Source of the DNA: Antedon mediterranea
Taxonomy: Eukaryota; Animalia; Echinodermata
Direction: 5' to 3'
Assembly: GCF_964355755.1 (NCBI RefSeq)
Contig: NC_092673.1
Location: forward strand, 33,663,648-33,727,647
Length of the DNA stretch: 64,000 nt
Part shown: positions 1 to 12,500 of the stretch, piece by piece
Layout: every line of letters begins with the position of its first letter
How positions within the stretch are numbered: position 1 is the first letter of the stretch
Notes under the pieces: generated by a model
The model's input: the letters and a program-made list of their open reading frames with translations, nothing else
Told to the model about the DNA's origin: nothing
The model's database searches: none
Position numbers and translations under genes: made by a program

Positions 1-339
1 GGTAATTTTAAAATAGATTTGTATATGAAGTAAATGATTTTAATAAATAAGTTATATAATTTAGGTAGTTTGAAAATAGTTTATGTAATATAAATTATGT
101 AATTTGCATTATAAATTATATAATTTGCATATAATTTAAATAATTTGAATACTGTATGAATTATGACTATTGATTATGCTATATTTTTATTAATTTTCAT
201 ATAATTTTCAAATATAATATTAAAAATAATTATATAATATCCATATATTGTCGTTCATATTAAAACCTATATTAATATATACCTCATGATTAGGAATACT
301 TTAAAATTAATATTTTCTTTTTTATAAATATCACCCAAT

Positions 340-3300
340 ATAATATTTCAATATTAATGCGATAATATTGCCATATATTGTGTTATCATCATCTTATAGT
401 GTCATAGTAACTAGTTATGTCAAAAAATAAAATGGTACAAATTTGGCAATTTTTTTAAAATATCCCTGTACTATAGTACAAGGATTTTTTCGAAAATTGG
501 TCAAAATATCCACTTTTTAAATTCAATATTTATGCGATAATATTGCCATATATTGTGTTATCATCATCTTATAGTGTGATAGTAAGTTGTTATGTCAAAA
601 AATAAAAGGCTCGAAATTTGGCCAATATTTTAAAAATTTCTCTGTACTTATATAGCATAGGGATTTTGTTGAAAATTGGCCAAAATATCCACTTTTTAAA
701 ATTCAAAAATAATGTGGTAATATTGCCATATATGCGCATATATTATGTTATCATCATCTTATAGTGCCATAGTAACTAGTTATGTCAGAAAATAAAAGGG
801 TCGAAATTTGGCCATTTTCGAAAATTTTCCTGTACTATAAAAGTATAGTAGTATATATAATTTTCATATTTTTATTATTATTATTTGACTCTGCGCATGT
901 TTATTATGCTATAGTAACAATCTTTATGTCAAAAGTGGTTACTATAGCACAATCAACATGCGCAGAACGCATTATTCGACTCTGCGCATGTTTATTACGC
1001 TATAATAACCATTTATGTCAAAAGTGGAGTGGAGCTGTAGCTTGGTGGTTAACGTGCTTGCCTTCCAATCCCAAGGTCCCGGGTTCAATCCTGACCTAGT
1101 GCAGGGTTGTAACTCATGACTCTTTCAACTCCACTCCCTAAGCCTCAAATGAGACTTAGTTTATAAGCACGATAAATTATTAAATAGTTTATCCATCCTG
1201 TAATTGGCGAGTTACTCGCTGTTGGATGAGTATGAATAAAGAAAAAAAAAAAAAAAGTGGTTACTATAGCACAATTAACATGCGCAGAACGCATTATTCG
1301 ACTATGCGCATGTTTATTATGCTATAGTAACCATTTATGTCAAAAAATAAAAGGGTCGAAATTCGGTCATTTTTCGTAAAAGATCTTATCCAAAAATTGC
1401 CAATTTTCGACCTTTTTATTTTTCGATAAAACTGGTTACTATAGCACAATTAGCATGCGCAGAACGCATTATTCGACTCTGCGCATGTTTATTATGCTAT
1501 AGTAACCATTTATGTCAAAAGTGGTTACTATACCACAATCAACATGCGCAGAACGCATTATTCGACTCTGCGCATGTTTATTACGCTATAATAACCATTT
1601 ATGTCAAAAGTGGTTACTATAGCACAATTAACATGCGCAGAACGCATTATTCGACTCTGCGCATGTTTGTTATGCTATAGTAACCATTTATGTCAAAAAA
1701 TAAAAGGGTCGAAATTCAGTCATTTTTCGAAAATTTCCCTGTACTATTATAGTACAGGGATTTTTCCAAAAATTGCGATTTTTAGATCTTTATATTTTTC
1801 GATAAAACTGGTTACTATAGCACAATTAGCATGCGCAGAACGCATTATTTGACTCTGCGCATGTTTATTATACTATAGTAACCATTTATGTCAAAAAATA
1901 AAAGGGTGGAAATTCGGTCATTTTTCGAAAATTTCCCTGTACTATATATAGTACAGGGATTTTTTCCAAAAATTGCCAATTTTCGACCTTTTTATTTTTC
2001 GATAAAACTGGTTACTATAGCACAATTAGCATGCGCAGAACGCATTATTCGACTCTGCGCATGTTTAATATGCTATAGTAACAATTTATGTCAAAAGTGG
2101 TTACTATAGCACAATTAACAAGCGCAGAACGCATTATTCGACTCTGCGCATGTTTATTTCGCTATAATAACCATTTATGTCAAAAGTGGTTACTATAGCA
2201 CAATTAACATTCGCAGAACGCATTACTCGACTCTGCGCATGTTTGTTATGCTATATTAACCATTTATGTCAAAAAATAAAAGGGTCGAAATTCGGTCATT
2301 TTTCGAAAATTTCCCTGTACTATAGTACAGGGATTTTTCCAAAAATTGCGATTTTTAGATCTTTATATTTTTCGATAAAACTGGTTACTATAGCACAATT
2401 AGCATGCGCAGAACGCATTATTCGACTCTGCGCATGTTTATTATACTATAGTAACCATTTATGTCAAAAAATAAAAGGGTGGAAATTCGGTCATTTTTCG
2501 AAAATTTCCCTGTACTATAGTACAGGGATTTTTTCCAAAAATTGCCAATTTTCGACCTTTTTATTTTTCGATAAAACTGGTTACTATAGAACAATTAGCA
2601 TGCGCAGAACGCATTATTCGACTCTGCGCATGTTTATTATGCTATAGTAACCATTTATGTCAAAAAATAAATGGGTCGAAATTCGGTCATTTTTCGAAAA
2701 TTTCCCTGTACATTAGCATGCGCAGACTGCATTATTCGACTCTGCGCATGTTTATTATGCTATAGTAACCATTTATGTAAAAAGTGGTTACTATAGCACA
2801 ATCAACATGCGCAGAACGCATTATTCGACTCTGCGCATGTTTAATATGTTATAGTAACCATTTATGTCAAAAAATAAAAGGGTCGAAATTCTGTCATTTT
2901 TCGAAAATTTTTCTATACTATAGTACAGGGATTTTTTGAAAAATTGCCAATTTTCGACCTTTTTATATTTCGATAAAACTGGTTACTATAGCACAATCAA
3001 CATGCGCAGAACGCATTATTCGACTCTGTGCATGTTTATTACGCTATAATAACCATTTATGTCAAAAGTGGTTACTATAGCACAATTAACATGCGAGCAC
3101 AATCAACATGCGCAGAACGCATTATTCGACTCTGCGCATGTTTAATATGCTATAGTAACCATTTATGTCAAAAGTGGTTACTATAGCACAATTAACATGC
3201 GCAGAACGCATTATTCGACTCTGCGCATGTTTGTTATGCTATAGTAACCATTTATGTCAAAAAATAAAAGGGTCGAAATTCGGTCATTTTTCGAAAATTT

Positions 3301-4030
3301 CCCTGTACTATAATAAATAGTACAGGGATTTTTTCAAAAAATTGCGATTTTTAGATCTTTATATTTTTCGATAAAACTGGTTACTATAGCACAATTAGCA
3401 TGCGCAGAACGCATTATTCGACTCTGCGCATGTTTATTATGCTATAGTAACCATTTATGTCAAAAAATAAAAGGGTGGAAATTCGGTAATTTTTCGAAAA
3501 TTTCCCTGTACTATAGTACAGGGATTTTTTCCAAAAATTGCCAATTTTCGACCTTTTTATTTTTCGATAAAACTGGTTACTATAGCACAATCAGCATGCG
3601 CAGAACGCATTATTCGACTCTGCGCATGTTTATTATGCTATAGTAACCATTTATGTCAAAAGTGGTTACTATAGCACAATCAACATGCGCAAAACGCATT
3701 ATTCGACTCTGCGCATGTTTATTATGCTATAGTAACCATTTATGTCAAAAGTGGTTACTATAGCACAATTAACATGTGCAGAGCGTATTATTCGACTCTG
3801 CGCATGTTTATTATGCTATAGTAACTATTTATGTCAAAAAATAAAAGGGTCGAAAATCGGTAATTTTTCGAAAAATGGCCAAAATATCATGTTTTTCAAA
3901 ATTCATTTTTATGCGATAATATTGCTGTATATGATCATACATCATCTTATAGTGCCATAGAAACAATTTATGTCGAAAAATAAAAGTGTCGAAAATTTGC
4001 CATTTTCTGAAAAAATCCCTGTACTAGGCT
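340..4030. repeat. Complex tandem array of palindromic modules (89-bp A monomer, ~110-bp B module, ~180-bp C-type units at both ends)
   Basis: 89-bp unit gtggttactatagcacaattaacatgcgcagaacgcattattcgactctgcgcatgtttattatgctatagtaaccatttatgtcaaaa recurs about 20 times (e.g. 1521, 1610). It is interspersed with B modules centred on ccctgtactatagtacaggg. Both modules are imperfect inverted repeats. Confidence 0.95.
1028..1256 (+). mobile_element. tRNA-derived SINE inserted into the array
   Basis: A-box-like tagcttggtgg and B-box-like gggttcaatcc, aataaa plus poly(A) tail, flanked by duplicated aaaagtgg (1020-1027 and 1253-1260). Related copies at 57406-57554 (-) and 44692-44740 (-). Confidence 0.85.
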
Positions 4031-6123
4031 TATAGTAAACGAGATTTGGGAGGTATCCGCGTGAATGTTGAAATACATTACTTAAATTTATTCCACCTTG
4101 GTCAAATTATCCAATTATATTGCATATTTGAAACCGCTTGCAGTTACCAGCACACTCAATAATATGCTTACCACCTAAAGTGAGATTATTATATATCAAT
4201 TAAGACTATAATTGCCGGTAAACGGTATAATTTATTTGACAAATATGATTGAATAATTACATGTGAATTAACCGTTTTAAACAATCAATGTTTTTTAGTG
4301 CAAGCTGTATACAGTAACAATATTAACATCTTTCAGAAACTGGGGTAGGCATGTCTTTTCCACTTAGGCCTACGTCATAGTGGTAACCAAACTTAATTAG
4401 GCACTAGACGTATGCAACTGTTAACACTAATATCGACACCCCACTTGATGCAGCTGTCAAGTCAAAACGTCATTCTACACACAAACAGAAGCATTTGAGC
4501 ATGTGCAGAATGACCTTTAGACTCAATAGCAGGTAAAGATAAAGTGCCTTTCTATAAACAAAAGCTAAAATTATTGTAACACCAACACTGTTGAACATTA
4601 AAATAGTAACTATTTAAAGAGTTTTAAAATTATATATTAAAAATAATGTGGTAGAATTAATGCGGTAGAATAGGATGGATAAATAGTCCAGTACTATTAA
4701 TAATGGCTTAACTAAATAATGGTCTCTGACCACAAGAACTGAAAACCATTTTAGAGTGTTGGTAATCACTTGAAGTTGATGATACGTTATTTAATTATGA
4801 CAAAATCGAAGAGGGCAAGCTTGGCCCAAATCCATCCAAATTAAAGGAAGAATACAAAATATATAACATATGGCATTTTGGCCGTCATATTGGATCCAAG
4901 ATGGGGGATAATATTGAAATGTATATCACATTGAAAGAAAGTATTTGTGACAAAAATTTGCAAGTAGGCCAAATTCTGGCGATGGACTCCAGACCACTAG
5001 CCTGTGATTACTCCTATAAATAAGTTTAAATAAGTTGAAATAAATCTATAGTTTTTAAGCCTATAGGCCTATTTCAAAATCTTGGATTTACCACCGATAC
5101 ATAGGTAATGAATTAGTAATGCTAGGAGAGTACGTATCAAATATTCTAATACATTACTTTATAAAATAATACTATTTAAAAAAAAACTTGGTTAAAAATA
5201 TTGCTTGAGGCTATATTGTAATCTCACAAATATTATTATGTAAAATTAAAAAAACAAACATATATTTCTGATAAATTAAAATGTATCGTAAACATTTTTG
5301 AGTTGAGAACAAAACAATAAAATAGCCATAAATATAATTTATCTATTACACTAATGCTTTTTGTAAAATAAAGTCTAAAAATAATGAATGAAATGAATAG
5401 TGAATTTCAAGCACAGCACTATATAAAATTAAAGGACACTTTATTTTAGTGCTTAACAGCAAAATAATGTCATACTGAATATACCACATTTGATAATCTC
5501 TCCCAACTAGTAAACAATATGTTGATGGGGTTTTTAACATTAAAATAAGCACAGGGTAGGTATTAAGACAACACAATTGTCGTATTCTATTAGGAACTTT
5601 CGTAGTCCACATAAAGATTTGTTTAGTACTTTTTGTATTTGAATGGTAAATTGTAAACGAATTTTGCTCAACAGAAAATAATTCAAACAAAACAACAACA
5701 GCACAAGCTTTTTCATTAACAACGGACCAAAGTCACTAACTGCGAAGTCCTGCGCGTGTCGCTAATGAAATAGAAACAGTTATCAAATTCTTGGAATCTG
5801 AGCAATGGATTAAAATTACATTTTATTATTACAGATCCTGCCATGGAGTGTCAATATGCCTTTTTTAATATACCATATAACCCCTATAATGAGGGAACCC
5901 CCTTAATAATGGTGTCCTCCAAATAGGGATCTTCCCCAAATAGGGATGTCCCCTTAAATATGGGTATCCCAAATAAGGGGTTTTACTGTATTACCAAAAT
6001 GAGTCATTTTATATTTACAAAATAAATATATTACTATTCATTTTACAGACTCCTCTGTACAATATCTAGGAGTCATTATACAGACTCCTCTGTACAATAG
6101 CTATGAGTCATTATACGGATTTT

Positions 6124-6560
6124 AAGGGATGAACTCAGATACTTGGTTCTTCATATTGATTCATAAGGGATGAACTCAGATGCTTGGTTCTTCATACTGA
6201 TTCAGAAGGGATGAACTCAGATGCTTGGTTCTTCATACTGATTCATAAAAGATGAACTCAGATACTTGGTTCTTCATACTGATTCATAAGGGATGAACTC
6301 AGGTACTTGGTTCTTCATACTGATTCATAAGGGATGAACTCAGATGCTTGGTTCTTCATACTGATTCATAAGGGATGAACTCAGATACTTGGTTCTTCAT
6401 ACTGATTCATAAGGGATGAACTCAGATGCTTAGTTCTTCATACTGATTCATAAGCGATGAACTCAGATACTTGGTTTATCATACCAATTCATAAGGGATC
6501 AACTCAGATACTTGGTTCATCATACCAATTCATAAGGGATCAACTCAGATACTTGGTTCA
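6124..6560. repeat. 41-bp minisatellite (~10.6 copies) overlapping the stop codon and 3' UTR of the BCAR3-like gene
   Basis: Unit aagggatgaactcagatacttggttcttcatactgattcat, period 41 (6124, 6165 ...). Confidence 0.95.
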
Positions 6561-9500
6561 GCTTTCGTTACAAGTAGGTTCAACATTTGTTCATATTTCA
6601 TAAAACGTTCTTGACCGTTACTTTGTAAGCCCTTTTGACCCCATAAAACAACCATGTGCAACTCAGTGCGGAAGCTATCAAGAATATCTTGTTCTGGTCT
6701 GAAATCCTGTAACTTAGAATTCGCGTTTAATTGGTACGTCGTCGTTTTACTAATAATACTTCTAACAAAAGTTAGATGGCGTATGAATACCTCCAAACCA
6801 AAGCTATCTGTACAATCTACCCACAATCCATCTTTAGGCAGACTATCTGTAACCTGTTTGTTGATTGGTTGATGCCAATCCCTGCTGGTTAACGGCGTCC
6901 AATCCATGTCTAGAAGGTGTACAACTGGCATAATAGGTGGAATACTGGTCTGAGTTATATTGAGTACAGTCCTGCCTTGCTGATGTTTCTTAAAGTGCGA
7001 TCGGAGTTTAGTGTCGTGAAGTAGAGCGCTGCTTGTGTACGATTTTCTCAACAGTTCCCAAGTCAATCTCAAATCTCGAACCTTAAAAAATGTCAATTAG
7101 ATATTTTATATTATATTATATTGGATAATTATTTTAAACTTGACAATAACTTACAAAGTGTTCTCAATATACTGAGTATTCAGTACAATTAGTCAGAGTA
7201 GGGCAAAACTATCCGACTTATTATTAAATGGGTTGCAGTAACATTTTCAGCATTGCTCATCAGCATATGTCATGCTTGGAAAGAGCCAGGCATATTTATT
7301 ACTATTTAGATGCTGATGTCAGATATTTTTAAATAGTGCCCTCTATGTTTAGATGTATTTCATAAAAATTATAACTCCTTCTATGCTTTGGCCATGCTTT
7401 TATCAGGGAGGTGATTATTTTTTCACCTCCCTGCTTTTATAAAGTCTTCCAATATTTCATTTTTCCATCCCAGTTGGGACCTCTCTAACTATTTAATACT
7501 GACGTTTACATATCCTTTTATTCATTTTTAATATTACACCACGGTAACCCATAACTTCTACGAATCATAATTATCAACATAATCAGTATCAGCATGATTA
7601 GATATTTTCAATAGTATATTCATAAATATTCATAATCCCTTATCATTACTAACCTGCTTAGATGCTAGGCCTTCCATGATAGCTGCAAAAGCAAACATGT
7701 CACCCAGCTTGTAGGCTATTGTATCTGCTAGCTGGATCCACGCATGCAGTAGCTTAACTCTCTTCTCAATCTCCATACAGTAAACAATGGTTACAGAACA
7801 CCATAATCTCAAACAATTAAATCTGTTAAAATAAAGAGTAATTTAAATTATGTATTTTTATATTATGTTAAATAAATGTTCCTATACCTATAATGTACTT
7901 TTTCAAATCCTTGGTTGGATATAGTGTGTAGAAATTCATTCACAGGCCCGACCAAATGTAGCAACTTTTCCTATTACAATTCCAATCATGTTATACTTTA
8001 CGCCAGTATTTCCGCCAGTATTTCTGCCCCTCCTCCCCTCCCTCCCAACACACCTCAGATACTGAGTGATGTGTTTAAGACGTTTCCAGTACAAATTATG
8101 TTAGCCATCACTCCCAACACATTATAATACAAATTGAAAATTGGCCAAGTATGTTGATCGGTGCGGTTTGTGTATGTGTGTGTTTGTTTGTTTGTCATCA
8201 CTCTAGCGCTCACAATTTTGATTCCAATGACTCCAAATTACTACCAGAGATAACAAGGGTGGTACATAGAAGACATGGAACATGCAGGTTGAAGTCCACA
8301 AGGCTCTTCTAAAATCTAAACTTCCACCACTAATCTTTAAACTTTAAAAGTTAAGATACAATCAATAAAACAATAACACTAGTATACCTTTCCTGTAGGT
8401 CACTCCTTAAATAAGATCCTTGTGGAAGGGTTAACAGCTCCAGGCCGGATAAACATCCATCAGGAATAGACAACATTTGAAGAAGCTGGAAGAGAATTAA
8501 AATCATTAATTAAATTAGAAAAGTGTCAGTTTATACTGCATAACACCAAATAATTGTAACAAATTTGAAAATCAGTTAAAATAGTTTGTGTTCCCAAAAA
8601 ACTTTTCCGTCAGTGTGTGGACGTCATCTTTAACATTACAATGCATGTGCTCAGGCAGTTAAACGGTAAAGATTTTACAGTAGTTGATTGAAAGAAGTAA
8701 ATAAAATAACTGTTATTTTGCATTGCAGCTAAAAATTGGAGCGATAACCAGTTAAATGACATTCCAACACCAATTGATTGAGTTGTTTTAACATTTTTTT
8801 AAACATCATTTAACCACTTAAGTGAAATTTATTTATTCATACATTATTCATTTGTAAACAGGCCTAAAAAAGCGAATCCATAATTTGTCGTTATTCTTTT
8901 TCTTTTTTAATATATAATTACTGGTATGTATTTTATTATAACAACATCCTGTGTGTATGTTGTGCTTTTTGAAATAAGCAATTTAAAATCACTTTTGCAT
9001 CAAGTGTTAATAATTATAGTAAGGGTAAACCACAGAGACAACAGGAAAGAAATGAAGTGATGCATTTAATAACATTATTTTACAACCTATTATTACAGTA
9101 TGAGGTAGGTCACCGAAGCCAGCCTTTGAACGTTGAGTCATTGCTATAGGACTATTTACCCCCCAATTACGAACGCTTAACTTGAATGGCTTATACAGAG
9201 AAATGCATATTGTTACGGTTACCGAAATATCTTATCAGACAATTGCATGTTGGGATGTATGAAACTGAAAGGTTGTTTAAAAATTTCTCAAATCAAATTG
9301 ATTTTGTTTATGTTGAGCTAAAACGATTGATTAAATTATGGATATAAAAAGAATAAAATACAAAATCTTACCTCCACATCTAAACTGAGAATATGTTGAC
9401 CTAAAACCAACGAACTGTTATTAATTAGCATATCTTGGACATTTGCCAACACCCGATTATCTAAGATTCTATGGTCATCTGGCAGTATATTGCACTTGAA

Positions 9501-12500
9501 CTCTGTTGGATGGAATTTAGAAGACATTTGATTGGTCGGAAGTCTTGGATGTTGAACTATGACCGCAGGTTGGACTGGGTCAGCTTGATTTTGAAATATG
9601 TCAGGTGGTTGTATAACATCATGAGGTACTGAATTGGTTTGGTTAACTCTTGCAGGGGCGAAATTGTCCCCCTCTACGTAATCGGGTTCCATGTTATCAG
9701 AAAGGAAGCGATTTCGGGAAAATTCTTCGTAAAGAAGATTTCCCGGTTTGTCTCGTAACAAAATTGTTTCTTTATTGTTTGAGTGATTACCGTCATCACG
9801 TACCGGTTTTTCGTCTAAATACGATAAGTTCTCCATATTAAGATTCTGATCGGTTTTATAATTGTTTTCATCAATTTTCATCGAATTCATTATTTCAGAT
9901 GTATTTTTCATTTTTATCGGATAGCTATACAAAGCCTTTTCCTCGGGCGTTATAGTTCTAGGCTGCGATGTCTCTTTTTCAATCGGCCTAGAATTTGGCG
10001 AGTCATAACAGTTTTCTGATTCATCTCTCGATAATCGTTTTTGAAATTGGGGAACGCCACTCATGCGAGGTGTGATGACTTTAGGAGTGACCACTCCGTA
10101 AACAGGAATATCTGAATTTTTTTGATTGGCTAGTGCGTATTTCGTATCTGTATAGCTAAGTGGTAATGTCCGGTTAACTGGCATGCGTATAATTGCGTGT
10201 GATGTCCGTGAAACTGGTTTCTTCCCGTGGTAATACATAACAAGTGCTGGAACAGAGTCAAATACATTGTTTTCCAGTTGGTATTGTATCTTAGCATATG
10301 GCGTATATTCTTGTTGAATAGTTTTATTTATAACAAAATGTAACACTTCTTTATTCCACATGACTCCGAGTACGTAACTACCAGGTTTTGAGATCGAGTC
10401 TCTAACAAGAAATTCTCCGTCTTCTTTAAGGCTTTTAACAGCCTGTTCCCGACTGATTCCACCGTGGAACCATGCATGACTTCGTATATCATCACGAGGT
10501 AGGTTCAATTCCATTTCCAGGTCTTTTTTTAACTGTTCTTCCGAAGGTTTCTTTTCCCAGGGGTCCATTTTGTCAGGTGTTGGTCTGTAAAACTGTGGAG
10601 AAATTAGTAAAAATAAGTATTACTTGTTATAATGACTCTGATACCATAGGAAAGATTAAAATGATACTTTACTTTACATACATTCTGTTTCTTAGTAATG
10701 GTGTGTGCCTAGGTTTGTTGGATGTTGGACTACTGATACCGCGAGATCATGGGTTCGCCCATCATATTGCTTACATCCTTGGGCAATACACTTGCCTTTC
10801 TCCACCCAGGTATACAAATAGGTACCTACAGTAGTAAGGCCAAGACACAACTTTGGGCTGATTACTAGCTGCATTATGGGAGTATGTTTCCATACGTCTT
10901 TGATCCAAAAAATGCCCGGAGTAATAATATGTAAAACTCTTAGAGGCTTCACAATATTAGGCACTTTATAAATTTAGGATATTATTATTATTAAAGTCAA
11001 GGTTCATAATTTTAAAATGAATGATCGATTATTAATGACAATGTATTACAAGCCAAGTCTATACTTCCAATGTACCACTAGATACATAAAAAAGTATGAA
11101 AAATTAGCGTAGGTTCGTTATCCCTTAAACTGATTAATTACAAATTATTAAAATATGTATAACACATAATCTGATGAGTTATTGGCATGTGATATAGTAA
11201 AGGAACACTTTCAATTTCTACGCAATATAATGCCTGTGACCCCAGCACATGATGTGAGACTAATTCATTGTGACAAATTGAATAATAATATGAAGCATGG
11301 TGCAAGAGAACACAACTATTATTAATTTTAATAATTTACTACTAATAAGGAAACCACTGGTGCATAACACAAGTGAATAAACTCCTTAATAGTGTTAATA
11401 TTTCTGTCTACCTTTAAGGCCCATTTATACTAGGGAAGATACTGTAACTATTATTAATTTTAATAATCTACTACTAATAAGGAAACCACTGGTGCATAAC
11501 ACAAGTGAAAAAAATCCTTAATAGTGTTATTATTTCTTTTTACCTTAGGCCATAGTAACACATTTATATAATTCAATGCCAAACCTTTGGAAAACACTTC
11601 GGGGACAATTTATTTTAATTTAAAATATTGATATATGTTTAATTTAAGCATTTTTTTTCTTCAAATTTTTTAGTACTGCTTACCTTTGAGGATTCCCCTT
11701 GTATGCTACTGTGAAGTACAAAAATAAATAAATATGTAAAATAAAATATTCAAAAACATATACATCATTCTAATATTATATATAACATGGTTTGTTATTG
11801 AAAAAACATACATCTGTATATGCTTCATGGTTAAAATCAACATTTAAAAAACTAATTCATTAAATTATGAACTATTTATGCTAAAAAATAATAATATAGT
11901 GTAAAGTACCTAAAAATACTTTTTTGATATACAGAGCAATTTTCAATCAAATGTGATTTTTGTTATTATTGTGAATAACAAAATTATTATGACTAATATG
12001 TCATACATACCTGTGACGATGAGTTTTATTAACGCGACTTGACTGGCCTCTTTTACGAGGTAGCGTTCCAATGTGACCAGCTAAAAGAAATAAACAAAAT
12101 AAACGATAAAAAGACATAAAACACACATAAATACAATTATATGCAAGCTTTATGCTAGATGTCTAATTGCAAACACATTCTGAGACATGTTAATAGAAAA
12201 GACAGCTCAAAGAATATAGCAATATCATCAAAGGATCTATCATTCCGTAATTTGTATTGAGAAATGAGAAAATGTGATAAAATGATAATATGGAATGAGT
12301 AGACATAGTAGTACAGAGCTCAAAGAATATAGCAATATCATCAAATGATCTATCAGGAATTTACCAATTTGGATTGAGAAATGATAACATTTGATAAATG
12401 TTAAGTGATAATATGGAATGTGAATCACGACATGTATTTTAAGTGGAGAGAAATGTTGTATAATTGTAGAAGAATTAATATCAGATTACTGTACAGTATT

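Noticed and set aside
1028-1110. Functional tRNA gene
   Set aside because: It continues into a SINE body with poly(A) and TSD, the acceptor stem does not pair, and dispersed related copies exist.
900-3960. CRISPR-like array (palindromic repeats with intervening sequences)
   Set aside because: Units are 89 bp, the intervening B modules are themselves repeated rather than unique, there are no cas genes, and the context is eukaryotic.
782-3960. Repeated ORFs of the form MSKVVTIAQLTCAERIIRLCACLL
   Set aside because: Translations of the satellite monomer; the 89-bp period breaks frame and there are no coding features.
4015-4030. Helitron 3' end (CTAG after hairpins) closing the array
   Set aside because: The CTAG is not followed by T, has no typical short GC-rich subterminal hairpin, and is explained as a variant B-module tip.
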